The position numbers were made by a program, and so were the translations under genes. A stretch of 56,691 nt of DNA from Vitrella brassicaformis CCMP3155 (taxonomy: Eukaryota; Protista; Chromerida), in contig CDMY01000533.1 of the NCBI GenBank assembly GCA_001179505.1, forward strand, positions 1 through 56,691. Direction: 5' to 3'. The notes under the pieces were generated by a model. That model saw only the letters and a program-made list of their open reading frames with translations. It had not been told where the DNA came from and did no database searches. Positions 1 to 17,652 of this stretch are shown here, piece after piece (position 1 is the stretch's first letter; the number at the start of each line of letters is the position of its first letter).

Positions 1-427
1 AGGTGGAGGGGGTTGGGTGTAGTCCGATACACGCTCGTTCATCCGAAAAGGAGGAGAAACAGCCGAGAAATCACGCCCATTTTTGTCTGTTGGCACGACT
101 GTGTGTTCACTAGCCCAATTCGCGGACGAGCTCCTCAACCCTAGCACAAACGCACCATCCCTCCCTTTTGGGCAGCGAAGTGCGTTTTTCGGGAAGAGGT
201 TCAACCAGACTCACACCAGGCGCTCGTCAAACCCATAACCGACCGACCGACCGACACCGCCTGCCTGCTTGATTCGTCAACACACCTTCCGACCCGAGAG
301 AAGCCTCAAGCCGCCAGCAGAGCTGCTGCATACAGGTGGATGGTGCATACTACACCCCGGCAGCAATTCACGCGTGAATTTGTGTGCTGTCTGTGTGTCC
401 GTCGGGACAATGCGTGTGAACTAGGCC

Positions 428-1248
428 ATGTCGGGGGAGACCTCTCCCACGCAGATGAAGGAGGGCCAGGGGACCGCCTTTTTGACGGCTTACAATAGGC
501 TGATTCACCTGGTGCGTGAGATCCAAGCGCTTGTGCCGCAGTTCGACAGCCCCGTCATGGGTTCGGGCGGGTTCCTCAAGCTGATGGATATAGAGGTCAT
601 CCTGGCGGGCGGAAGAACGCGTTGACGGCGTGCTGACGCCGCGGTCAGTGAGGGCCATCAAGACTGGCCTGCAACAGCTTCAAGACCGCATTGCAGCGTC
701 TGAACCAGTGGCAGCAGGCAAGACATCTGAGCAAGCAACGACGTCAGATCCGGTGAGAAAAGGAGCTGGGCGTGGCTGATAGGAAGGGGAGGGAGGGGCA
801 AGAGATCTCTGCCGTAAAAGCCTTCACGCAAGGCACGCAACGCACAGGTCCATCATGGGCATGGCCAGCCCGCCAAGCAACACTCGCACGAGAGCTGCCA
901 ACGCTGTGTGAAGTTACTTCAACATCTGCCACCATCGCTCACTCCAGAACCATCAGAATAAGCCTGCATGCTGAGCTGAACAAAAGTGAGTAGAGCCTCG
1001 CGCCCCGTGTCCGTCCGCTTCATTGAGCGTGCAGTACGTGGGCGGGCACATGCATGGGTCCGTCCGTTTGTGTGTGTGCGCATGATTTTGAGAGGGAGCT
1101 GTCAGGCCGCCTCGACGCTCCCTCTGCCCTTGTCTCTCGCCAAGGGTCAGCGGGGAAGCAGCCATCTGTCGCCCAGCAGCGCGTTGTCACAGCAGCGACA
1201 GCACACACCCGTGCTGGTCAACCGTTCCTGCAACAGCTGATGCATTGA
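428..1248 (+). CDS. Possible spliced hypothetical gene (may extend upstream of the window)
   Basis: Acceptor-like ctag at ~424 precedes MSGETSPTQ...; coding-like frames at 428-625, ~600-751 (LTPRSVRAIKTGLQQLQDRIAAS, then gtgag donor) and ~1090-1248. The frames do not join cleanly and no family is recognised. Confidence 0.25.
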
Positions 1249-1874
1249 TTGGCGCCCAGCCGTCAGAGGGATACCGACGATGGACTCACAGGCGAGACAG
1301 TGAGTGGGGTCAGGGGGCGGCCGCCGCCGGCCAGTACGGCCAGTATGGAGACGGAAGAGGGAAGTGCGAGGGAAGGGTGCATATGTCATCTTCACGGCAG
1401 CTTCTCGCTGGATTGTGAGAGCGTTTGAATGAAGAGGCAGCATGAGACAAACTGACTGACTGACTGACTAACAGACGCACACACAGGAAGGACGGCAGCA
1501 AAGAGAGAGAGAGAATTTCGTTATGAGGATCAGGCATGACGACATTATTTGTCCCGCCTAGCTGGGTGAGAGAGTTTGTTCACGCAACGAAACAGACAGA
1601 CAGACAGACAGACAGTGCGTGTATGTGCGTATGTGCGTCCGCCGACCCATCGGCCCATCCATCCATTCATGTGGTAATGCATGATGAGCAAGACACACAT
1701 CCCCATCCCCACCCAAATGTGCAGCAGAAATGCAAGCCTCGGTCCTTGCCCAACAAATGCCACCCACACACACCCACACCCATTCATTGATTTCGCGCGT
1801 TTGTGTGAGGTTGTGTGCCAACCCTCTTCCATGGGTGGAGGGATGTATGCAAGTGCAGTTTGAGAAATCAGTGA

Positions 1875-6804
<4,930 letters not shown>

Positions 6805-7079
6805 GGTGACTTGGGGAGGTTCGGTCAGACAACCGAGTTCGATGGGATTTTTCCCCCAAACGTATAGACCGTAGAGGCGAGTGTCGAAAGCGAGTGTCGG
6901 AGGCAGTATCTATTAAAACCGGAAAGAAAGAGGCGAGTGTCAAAAGCGGCTCGAGCTTGCACCCGCCCCCAGCGCCCCCCGCGCTCAACTTGGAGGGGAG
7001 AGCGAACGACAAGGACACTGGACACACGTTCTACCATCGGCGTGCCCTAAAGACGACCGAACGCAACCCGCCCCGTATA
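6805..7079. promoter_or_regulatory. Putative bidirectional promoter between kinase-ankyrin and ankyrin-calpain genes
   Basis: 275 bp between divergent ATGs (6804 minus, 7080 plus); inferred from geometry only. Confidence 0.5.
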
Positions 7080-10000
7080 ATGTCGAGCGAGGGAATTGAA
7101 GCTGCAGATCTCATATTGGGCTACGTGCTGGAGATATCGGACAAGGGTGGCGTGACTGTCTCGTTTGCTGAGGCTACCAAGAAGTGTCTCATCGGCTACC
7201 AGGACAGGCCGGACCAGCGAAATGACTTGCGTCAGCTCATTGACACGGCTGTCATCCATGGTAATCGGAGTCTGCTTCATTGGGCAGTGAGAATGGGCCG
7301 AGGAGAAGTCGTTTCTGCCTTGTTGTCCTTCGACCTCAAGCACCACATCGCCAAACAAGATGACGTGAGCGACGGAAGCGCATTGAGGGGTTGTTATCAT
7401 TTGTTTCCCCTGTTTCCAGGTTTTCAAGACCCCGCTGCACACAGTCGCTCAGACGGGTGATATGATAGTGGCGCCTCTTGTCGTCAGTGCTGCTGATCCA
7501 TCCACACTGACGATCAGAGACAAAGCTGGACAAAACTGTGTACACTGTGCTGCCGTCTATCGTCAACCGGCACTGGTCAGGAGCCTCGCCGAGGCTGCAA
7601 AGCTCAACACCGATGTTACCCTGATGGAAGACGAGGTCGAAACAAGAGAAGTGTTTTGTACCGATGTGATATTATTCTTCTGTTTTGCACCGGAGTGATG
7701 GCCACAGGACGGGTTCACTCCCCTGCACTTGTCTATCTTTTATGACTGCATCGAGATCACGCGCCTGCTCGCCGATCCGCGGACCATCATCCACAAAGGC
7801 GGCGTGGGGCTGAGCGCACTCCACTACGGATGTGCAAAGGGTAAATGGAGTCACGTCAATGTCATGCTCAATGCTGCTGCACTGGGCAGTGCAAATACAG
7901 CAATCGCAACTGTTGACGAGGTGAACAAGATACTTGTTGTGAATAGGTTGCGACATAAGCTTCCCTTACCCTGATACAGATTGGACGCACCGTTCTGGCA
8001 AGTGCAATATGTGCTTCCTTTGCTTATGCTGGTGGCAAAGATACTGTGCTTCGTATGGTCGGCCTACTTCACGAGAAGAAGGCATCACATGTCATTACTG
8101 CAAGAGACAGAGTGAGGAAGACGTACGGAGTGGAGAGTTTACCGACCACCTTCCTCTCCGTGTTGAATTTGTGTCAGGATGGGCGCATCGCGTTACATCA
8201 CGCTGCTAAAGCAGCAAGTCGTGACATCGTTTCGGCATTATGCTCGAGCGAGGACGTCAAATGCCAAGACACAATATGGGTCTGTCCGTGGGTCGACACA
8301 TGATAGTATGATGATACAAGACATTATACGCATGTTGCTTATCTTTGCAGAAGCAAACGCCCCTACACCAAGCTGCTGCCTTCGGCAATCTGTCAGGGCT
8401 GGACGAGCTGCTGAAAATTGTCGACAGAGACGCACTACTGCTGCGAGACAGTGTAAGCACGCTGATACACGCAACGATCACAAACAACCGGTTTTCCTGC
8501 ATTTCAAGCTCAGGCCAGTCGGACGGCTCTTCATCTGGCTGCGGAGTGCGGGAGAAATGAATGCATCAGGATGCTGGTGAAGGCTTCGGAAGAAAAAGCA
8601 TGCCCCCAGCTGCTGGATGCTGTGGACGAAGTAAGTGAACAGAGAATTACTCGACGGTATCGCTGGTACACATTGACGTATTTAGGACGGCTTGCTGCCT
8701 CTACACATCGCCATCGGATGCGATGAAGTCGAAGACCGCGTGGTCGCGTCTTTGGCCTCCAAGGAGCGAGTCCAATGTTCAAGGAAGGTACAGCAATCAC
8801 GACAACAAGAAAACACATTTGTCATGCAACCCCCTTCTTGAGATGGCTCACAGGATGGACAAAAGGCCTACCATCTGGCGGTTTCAAGAGAGCGAGTCAC
8901 AATTATGCAGATCTTTCTCTCGAGATTTGGAGGAGACGCTCTTCAAGCCAAGGATAACGTGAGAATTGCGCATCTCTGCCCGTGGATATGTGTCCGGTTA
9001 TACCTCTGCACAGAGGGCGGACACCCCATGATCTGTGCCGTGAGAAATCTGACGTCAACATGAAACGGCTGCTTTCGTCTTGGTTGCAAGCCGAAGTGAT
9101 GTCCATCATGCAGCCTATATCCGATGGATATGGCCTGAAAGCGATCCCGCAGTTCGCTTCCATTGGCGTTCCCCTTGACAAAAAGCACTTTTACGCCAGG
9201 TGGGCATGACAGGCGACGGATGAGAATCGGGAAGGGAAATGGACCCACTCACCTGCGCTACTTGTGTTGTGTGTTGCGGCAGCTAGCGCGAGCACTGGAG
9301 GTGACGGATCCAGAAGCCGGCTTGATCCTGAAGGGGCGGCCAATCACAGCTGCTGATCAAGAATTGAAAAAAGAGAGGGAGGACAAGGCTTTCAGAATCC
9401 AAAAGCTTCTTGAGGAGGCGCCTGTCTCTCCGCAGGTGGAAGCTGGCTTTGTCGTCGTCCCAAGCTGGTTGCGCAAGCCGAAGACGGAGAAGGAGATACT
9501 TGAAGCGGGGGCTGCGATCAGCGGGCACTCGTTCCCTCTCTGGCAAGAGAAGGATTCAGACCTGCTTGTGAAGCACCACAGCCGCTCACAATTGTACGAG
9601 GACCCGACAGGAATTTTCTCTTTGAGCACCCGCCAGAAGGAGGTTTTTGCAGTGGGGCTGGACCAGTTTCGGCGTTTCCCCGAAGCGTTCCATCCCGATG
9701 TGGAGAAATGGAAAGCTTTCCCTAAGACTCAGGACTCGATCAGTGGTGACAAGCAATGCTGTATGGCGAAGGAGTCTTTTTCCAGCGACTGCGTCAAGCA
9801 GGGACGCCTGGGCGACTGTGCTTTCCTCAATTCGCTGGCTGCGCTGGCTTATTGGGAAGAAAAGACCGGCGTGCCCTTCCTCAGGAAGTCTATCTACCCA
9901 AAAGAAAAGGCTGCCGACACCGAGATGCCAGTGATAAGTCCCGAGGGGAAGTACATATGCCGATTGTATTTCAATGGGGGAGCTCGCAAAGTTGTCATCG

Positions 10001-12257
10001 ACGACCTCATTCCGACGCTGACCAACAGGCCTGAAGTGCGACTCACCGGAGCCTCAGTCATTCCTGGAGAGACATGGGTTATCAAATATGCTATTTAAAA
10101 TTCCTTCTAGCCCAAAGACCTTCCTTCTTTTCTTCCTTCTTTTTCAGGTTACCGTCATTGAGAAGGTGGCAGATACCAACGTTCGCACTTCATTTTGTCC
10201 TGCTTGACGTCTCTCGTCAGGCATATGCCAAGACGATGGGTGGATACGATGCGATTCAAGGCTCATTTGCTCCAGACAATCTGTACATGATCTCTGGATG
10301 GAGCTCGGAAAAGATCGAACTCGACGAAGTCCGCTCCAAGAGCAAAGACATAGGCCACCTGTGGGAGTTCATCTACCCGCAGCTGCGCGATCGAAAGGCA
10401 GTAGCCTGTCTTGGAACGCGCAAAGAAGATGGAGGAACGGAGACGAGGAGCAAAAAGACAGGTAGCCCAAATGATCCCGAAGTGCTCTTACCTTAAGGAA
10501 ACCATCGTGCCATATATATGCAGGGCTTGTGAGTTGTCATGCATACTCAGTGCTTGAAGCGGCCGAAGCAGGGGGGCATCGACTGCTGTTCATTCGAAAT
10601 CCATGGCGTGAAGACCGCTGGAAAGGCCGGTTCTCACCACGTTGTACCGAGTCATGGACGGCGAGCATGAGGAGACAGCTCAATTATGACCCCGAAGCGG
10701 TGCTGAGACGCAAGCTGTATCGTTCTCGTTGATTGTCTATTTGCCTGTTGAAACAGGTAGCGCCTCGTGAATCGGATGACGAGTCAATACCTGCGGATCG
10801 GAAGAGATCGGATGGGCGGTTCTGGATGGAGTTTCATGAAGTCGCAGAGAATTTTGAGGTAGGAACTTACGACACCACACAAGCAACAAAATGACGAATC
10901 TAACGATGTTATGTGCCTATTTGATGGGTGTATCGGATGGAACGCAGTCGCTTTATATAGCATATGATCCTTCTCGCTTCGCTCATCGAGTTGAAAAACA
11001 CTCACGGTTCGGAGCAAATTATGGTTAGGAGCAAATTATGTGCAGCGCTTTCCTTCCGTGTCGCCTTTACACCAGGTTCAATGTGACTGGACAAGAAGCG
11101 TTTGTGAGCAGTGCAAGGAAAATCTCAGCATTTAGCCCGCAATTCGTCCTCGAATTCCATCCCTCCAGCACTGACCTGGCGACTGAGCAAGTGGAAGTGT
11201 GGATCCAGGTAGAAAAAGTGTCCTTCGCCCGCCATTGATTTCTGACCTTTTCTCTGTCGTCTCAGCTGTATCGGCACGTCACGGCCTCAAAAAATGTGAA
11301 GGACGCCAAAGAAAAGAAAATTGGTATCACAACGCAGGTGTACGAGGGTGCCGATAGAGTGCTATCCTGCAACGAGCGGGCCCATGTGCTGAATGAGTCC
11401 GATCGTCGAAAGAAGAATACGACGTTAAACTACTGTTCGGATTCAATGATGCGGCTTGACAAGTGGAAGCTCAGGTGGTGGAAAACTGAGGGACTAAAAC
11501 AGCGCTCAAGTGAAGATGTCCACCTCAAATACAACGTCGTCGTCGGACAAATGAACAGAAAGGTCAGAGCCTCCACGACTGTCTCGGACTCCCATGACCT
11601 CGTCCTTGTCGTATCAGGAGGACTTTAACTTCACCCTGTCAGTCTTCTCCAATGTCAAGGTCACCCTCAAGGAATTGCCACCTGTCATTCCGGAGGGATG
11701 GGTATCACAGTACCACGATGGAGAATGGACGCCGGAGACAGCAGGTGTGGAGGCCCAAACAAGGATTGGAACAATCATGGAAAGAATGAATTGAATGCGA
11801 CTTCCCAGGAGGGCAGCGCTACTATTCCTCGTTTGTCACGAACCCGAAGTATACTGTGTACTGTGTAGAGACTGTCGAATCAGTCATTCTACTAGAGTCT
11901 CATCAGGTGGGAGAAATATACACGCTCGAACATCACCAGAAGGGGATGTCCAGAGAACTCGCAATTGATATTTTCAGGAATATACGGTGGGGCTCTACAT
12001 CAACAATGAGCAGCGCTGCAGAAAAAGTTTTAATCCAAATTCGATGATGCTCACTAATGTCAAACTAGCGGTGATAGACAACAGATTTGCCACTGACGGA
12101 CTTTCATGCTTCAGTTCTCGGTCTTCTGTCGCAGGCTGGTGAAACAACTATCATTGTTTCAACCTTTGATCCGGGGTGTATTGGCAAGTATCGTCTGAGC
12201 ATTCACACCCCTCCAATGAAGGGGGATACGGTCTATCCTGCTGTCAAGCGGGTCTAA
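7080..12257 (+). CDS. Multi-exon ankyrin-repeat calpain-7/PalB-like cysteine protease (ANK repeats, possible MIT-like helices, CysPc, two calpain domain-III-like regions)
   Basis: Ankyrin exons 7080-9060 (SLLHWAVRMG, TPLHLSIFY, ALHYGCAKG, TPLHQAAAFG, LPLHIAIG). Catalytic triad QGRLGDCAFL / HAYSVL / IRNPW. CAPN7-like motifs EDPTGIFSLSTRQK, WKGRFS and LNYDP. Last exon TIIVSTFDPGCIGKYRLSI...KRV* ends at TAA 12255-12257. The splice phase at ~9200-9280 is unresolved. Confidence 0.88.
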
Positions 12258-12582
12258 CAGTGGAGACACACGCTACCTGTCTTTTGCTCGTCTTGTGGAG
12301 TGAACAGCAGGTGGTCGATTTGTGAGCGGTCTGAGGCAGGCCGATGGAAAGCAGACATCAGCAGTACACAAAGCAAATAAGGGCATAATTATGCTTGGGT
12401 GTCGAGTTAGACCAATCATTTGTCTTTTCTATCCGAGTTTCTGTGTCTTATCGAATAATTTATGGTGTAAGACGGAATGACCCAGCCACAAAGGCCAACC
12501 ACAAGGAATAATCATGGTTGTCAACCACCCTCGCGAAGGTGCACCGAGCAGTCATCCTCATCGCCAGCACGAAGGAAGGAAG

Positions 12583-12690
12583 TTGAAGTCAGGTGGTGGA
12601 ATACTGGGGGACCGAAGCAGCGCTCAAGGGAGGTGGACAAACAAATGTGCAGAAAGGTCAGAGCCTCCACGACGACTGTCTTGGTGAGAA
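12583..12690 (+). repeat. Degenerate duplicate of a calpain exon end plus donor site (source ~11465-11590)
   Basis: Shared blocks tcaggtggtggaa, cagcgctcaag and agaaaggtcagagcctccacgac occur in both places. Confidence 0.75.
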
Positions 12691-12730
12691 TCCACGACGA
12701 CTGTCTTGGATCGATTCTCACCAAGACAGT
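12675..12730. repeat. Perfect 18-bp inverted repeat with 20-nt loop
   Basis: ACTGTCTTGGTGAGAATC (12675-12692) is the exact reverse complement of GATTCTCACCAAGACAGT (12713-12730). Confidence 0.9.
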
Positions 12731-12898
12731 GAGTGAGTCGGTGAATGAGATTGACTGCTTCTCCGCTCTTTCATTCCATGTCTCTAGGACTCACGCCATC
12801 ATATCGGCCCATCTAGACACCCAGTGTGAGCACTGCTGTCATACTTATCCAAAGTTGTGAAAGGGACCATCTTTATCGGCTCGCTTACATTCACAGCT

Positions 12899-13140
12899 CG
12901 AGACACAAGTGTGAAAACGCCAATCCGATGCACGCTGGATGTGTTAACAGCCAGAGATATTTATTGTGAGCTACAGCTCGGGGCATAGAACGACATCATT
13001 CATCTGAATGAATGGCTGGAGTGCCCTTGTCGACCTGTCCAATAAAGGTCGGCACCAAGACACGGACCAAATAGAAAATGACTGTTAGCCCGACGGTCTC
13101 CCTTCGCTGAAAAGTACAGGGGATTGATCCTTGAGACATT
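12899..13140 (+). repeat. Dispersed ~240-bp segment S, copy 1
   Basis: Direct match to 29400-29643 and inverted match to 31305-31500. Confidence 0.9.
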
Positions 13141-13179
13141 CGTGCAGCACATGAATCAGGTGAGGCGATCATGATTGGA

Positions 13180-14276
13180 TCAGCTTGCACACGCGTGTCT
13201 CATCCATGTGTGTGTATTGCTCACGAGGCACAGAAAACAAAAACGGAAAAACCACGCAATAAAAACCCATACACACACGAACGCAAAGAGAGAGAGACCG
13301 CGCAACAACAATAGGGTCAGGGCACAGCCAATTTTCAGCTTTCCCCTGTAGTACCGGGCCAGCCAGCTCCTCTCCCACACCGCTAGCTCCCTCTGGGCCC
13401 GCTCCATCGAACGAACGGTCTCCTCCAACTCCCGCACTCTCTTTCGGAGCGACTCGACTGTTTCTGGCTCGTCCTTGCGCTCCTCTGCTGATGAAGCACG
13501 CAAAACGTACGCACACACACAAAAGACACGAATGTTCGCGTGCCGTTGCCCAGCTGCCAGCCGGTTCGTGTGCGCACCGTGAGGGAGGCCGTGCTCTCGG
13601 ACCTTCTGCAGCCATTCCTCGTCTGATGGCGAAAAGGTCAACCAGAAATCAATGAAACGCTGCGTTAATCCCGCTGTGCCCAGCCAGCCTTGGTCGAGTT
13701 CGGGATCACTTACGTTTGGCAATCAGCCTCTCCCGCTCCTTCTGGCGCCTTGCGACCTCCTTCTCTAAGTAAGGCCGTAACTCAGTGAGGACGAACTTGG
13801 ACGGGTTCGGAAAGTCGATGTGGAGCGTGTCCAGTTCGTTTTGAAACCACTTCAGATTTTTGTCACTGACAGCTAAGTCCTCGTCGAGCTCTTTCTTGCG
13901 AGCGGCGATAACCGTCTCCTGCACTCACTCACAGACAGAGCCCAGGTGACCAGCAGTCCCCTCCTGGTGCCAGAGTGTTTCTGTGTACCAGCTGTTGATC
14001 TTCCTCTGACTTGCCGCCTGCTGACCACTGACGAACACACCGGACACAGACACACAAAGAGAGAGGTGCACATCACTTGTGCCAGATGGCTGCATCTTCC
14101 CATCAGCCCACCAGGCGTGTCGGCTGTCGGTGCACCGCCGAAGAAGTCGCCCTGCTTTGTCCCACGAGGTTTCTGCCAACAGGCCAAGGCGACGCGAACC
14201 CGGCAAGTCGTTGCACTTGGACAGCTGACAACGCACACAACAGACAAACGACCGACGCAGCCGCTCCGGGGAACAT
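13180..14276 (-). CDS. Family X copy 1: 5-exon hypothetical coiled-coil protein with signal + transit-like leader (probably plastid-targeted)
   Basis: Exon 1 MFPGAAASVVCLLCALSAVQVQRLAG-FASPWPVGRNLVGQSRATSSAVHRQPTRL. Phase-consistent GT-AG exons give ETVIAARKKELDEDL...LEKEVARRQKERERLIAK, HEEWLQKVREHGLPH and SLRKRVRELEETVRSMERAQRELAVWERSW. The same structure is present in two paralogs in the window. Confidence 0.7.
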
Positions 14277-15348
14277 CTACAGGGAGTCGGAATTGGCATT
14301 CACGGAAGAAAGATCTGGAGTCGGAATCGTCAACGAGGCGGGGAAGCGGAAGCAGCACTTCATTACAAAAACCACGTCGGTCAGTCGCTACACAGCTGCC
14401 CTAAACCTCATTAAATTCAGCGCATGAAGTCGGGCGCGTGCCGACAGGCATGGGTCTGAGAAGGACAGAACAAATGGATGGCAGAAGAAAGACACACCTC
14501 ACACTGAAGACATGAACCACATGGGCACTTTAGAGCCTTATCACCCCTGAAGGCTCTCCCGAGCGATTTTTAAAATATTCGAAGTATTCAAAATGCCGGA
14601 AAAAAGCAAAAAAGAGACGCCCGGGGGGAGGAAATACTGTTTTTAGGCTTGTTTTACCTATGAAAGGCCCCTCTCCATTTCGCCGCCTCCAAAGGTTTGA
14701 ACGAAGGATTTGAAGTGTCAGACGAGTCAAGGATTTGAACGTGTTGTGTCCACACAAAAGGCCAAGACCTGCTTAAACCATAGCTGTGCGCTAAGCCGAC
14801 TCGTGTGTACATACACATGGAGGAGGCAGACCGTATGCTTTCTCTCGTTGTTTCATCGATATTCCTCAAAACAACAAACGAGAGACAGCAAGGAGAATAA
14901 AGAGTATCTTGGGTGTCGTGTCGTGAAGGGACAGAAAAAGCCTGAAATTGCGGCTGAATGAATAAAGGCAATGAAAAAGGCCACTCCGGGTGCTGTGGGC
15001 GTTTACTTTGGGCGTCTCGTCCCGCTGTGTGGGTTGAAGAGTAGTCGGCGCGGCTGAAGCCTGAAGGGGCAGGGGACGAGGTGAGGACATCACACGCGCC
15101 GTGTCGCTGAAAGACAGGAAAGTTGGAGAAAAAGCGAGTCACACACGGGCCATATTTTCACATTCATGACGGTCCTAAGTAGCCAGTAAAAATAGATTCT
15201 TGCCTGCCGTAAAATCCTGCGGATTTGTAGGCAGGCTTGTAAAACAGTACAACATACATACACACAAATGCACGTGGCTAGTCAGTCACTTGCTCGCTGT
15301 ACAAAAGATGAGTGCACATGGAGGGAACAGGGGGCAAGGCAGGCCATG

Positions 15349-17470
15349 CTATGTATCTATCTGCTTGTCGTTGTGGGCGTCGAGCGGCGCCGATGCCTCG
15401 CACTCCTTCCTGCAAACCAGTCAGGGATCCGAAACGTAAGACATCGATAAAATCGATAGACTGACTGACCAGACTTTGCATGAGTTGTCTTTTGAGGCTG
15501 TGATGAGGGTGTCCCCCTCGTAGTTGAAGGCACACGAAAACACCTCATCTGTGTGACCCTGACACATACACATACAATGTGCACGCACCATCCCGCGTAT
15601 GCCTGCCATGGTTTGGCTGATGCTCACTCACCTGCAAAACTTGTATGCAGTCGCCCGTGTCGACGGACCACAGGCGGCACGTGGTGTCGCTGGACGCCGT
15701 CAGCACGCGGTGGCCGTTGGGCGAAAACGCACACTGCACCCCATACGCAGACAACACGATAGGCGATAGCATGCAGTGAGCCGTTCGGTCTTTTCTCACT
15801 TTTGATATTTCCTTGTCGTGTCCAACCATGATGGCCGAGCACTGAGCTGTCGCGACATTGTACACCTGTAGGCGGACCCATTTTATGGACCATGCAATGT
15901 TTCGGCCGGTGCGTCTGTGACCCAATAACCACCCACTGACTCCCTGCCTGCTTCCTTACCCGTGCAGTGGCGTCCGCCGATGCGGTGACGATTTTGTTGC
16001 CGACATTGTTGAAGGCACAGTCGAGGACCTCGTCGGTATGGCCGCGGAACGTGTCCATGCATGCACCGCTGCCCGTGTCCCACAACCGACACGTCCTGAT
16101 CGATGCACAAACATAGGTAGACATACGGGCCCGTTCGCTTATCACGCTATCCCCGCTGTCACTCGGCTCACTTGTCTATCGATCCAGTGATGCAGTAATC
16201 GCCCGTCCAGTCGAACTGAGTCGTCGAAATCTCCCCCGTGTGACCTGCTCATCATCCACAGATACACACACTCATGAGGCTTTGCTCATGAGCCGTGATG
16301 TGGGCGGCGGTGGGGTGGTCACTCACTCACCCTTGAGTGTGTGAATGCATTTGCCAGTCTCGACGTCCCACATTTTGGCGGTCATGTCGAAGGAGCCCGT
16401 GACGATCTTGTCGCCGTCGGTGTTGAAATGCACACTCACTATCTCTGCCTGGTGACCCTGTTCACGTTCAGCACATCACAGGAAAAACAGATATGAGACC
16501 TGCTGCCCATTGTTCAGTTGGTCTGGTCGGGCTTGCCTGCAGCACAGCTAGCTGCGTGTTGGTCTCGACGTCCCACAAGACGGCCCGGTGATCCATCGAG
16601 CCCGTCGCCAGGCGAGTGCCCTGCAAACGCCAACATCAACATACCACCATTTACAACGCACCCATTCATCGACGCTGGCCGTGCACATGTGGGGCGAGGG
16701 CGTACTAACCTGTGGGTTGAATGCCACACAGACTATCTCCGCCTCATGACCCCGCATGATGTGCAAACATCGCCCGGTGGTGCTGTCCCACAGCCGGGCT
16801 GTCTTGTCAAACGAACCCTGCACCACCACCACAACGTAAGAGCCACTTGTCGGTCACGGTGCTTTGTCTGTCGTCCCTCCCTCCCTCCCTCCCTCCCTCT
16901 CTCCCTCCCTGCGTACGTACGGTAGCTATTTTGTCGCCAAACGGATTGTTGAATGCCAGTGCATAGACGACGTTCTTGGACCCCTCGAGGGCCAGCACCT
17001 CGTCGCCTGTGTTGGTGTCCCACACGCGACACGTCCGGTCATAGGAACCTACACAGACATACACAGACAGGCACAGAAGAGGCCCAACTCCACCCGACTG
17101 CCCTCTCCGTTTCACCCCACACCCCGACCACTCACTCACCAGTGATAAACTTGGAGCCATCCTTGTTGAATGCACAGTTGGTGAGCGGCAGTATATGCGC
17201 CCTTAGCGTGCGGTAGAGGTAGTACCGTTGGCTGAGGTGGTCCTCACACTTGGCGGCGAGCTTCCTGATCAGCCTCGACAGCAGCAGATGGTGGCTCTCG
17301 CGCAGCAGGGGCTCCTCACGGATGATGTGCGACGCAAGTGCGTCCGTGTCTGAGTCCTCTTTGAGAGTCAGCAGGTCGATGGCCTTGCTCTCCAGCTGAC
17401 CGCTGCTGCGTTCATACTCGAGGATGATCCCAGGCGGGTAATACCGCAGCAGAAACCGCTTCAGCTTCAT
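15349..17470 (-). CDS. DAW1: Dynein assembly factor with WD repeats 1 (ODA16/WDR69), multi-exon
   Basis: Diagnostic N-terminus [19 protein letters not shown] and [26 protein letters not shown]; successive WD40 exons; last repeat [12 protein letters not shown]; stop TAG at 15351-15349. Confidence 0.95.
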
Positions 17471-17652
17471 CGGCACTATGATATCAAATCACATGGATGA
17501 AAACCATCAGGAACCTGCAGAAGGCGCCTTCCTTGGTACACTCGAAGCCTTTCAGGGAAAAAACGCGAAAGAGACCGAGATCTATGCGAGAGCGAACGCG
17601 AGATCATAGCTTGCAGAAAAAGACCCATGATCAGCTGGAAAAGGCGCACGCG
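17471..17652. promoter_or_regulatory. Putative bidirectional promoter DAW1 / RAP-domain gene
   Basis: 182 bp between divergent start codons; geometry only. Confidence 0.4.

Noticed and set aside
13925-14404. ORF-track proteins MPIPTPCRCSPE..., MTSSPLLVPECF... and their counterparts at 28012-28471 and 29803-30318
   Set aside because: Alternative or antisense frames running through introns of family X; they recur only because the DNA is duplicated. The spliced MFPGA... frame explains the region.
14560-14745. AT-rich stretch with three AAGG(A/T)TTTGAA-like units; possible transposon end or CRISPR-like repeats
   Set aside because: Units are only ~11 bp and irregularly spaced, with no partner end or TSD; eukaryotic context and no cas genes.
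14654-15142. Minus-strand ORFs of 162 and 75 aa
   Set aside because: No recognisable motifs or consistent exon chain; could be non-coding.
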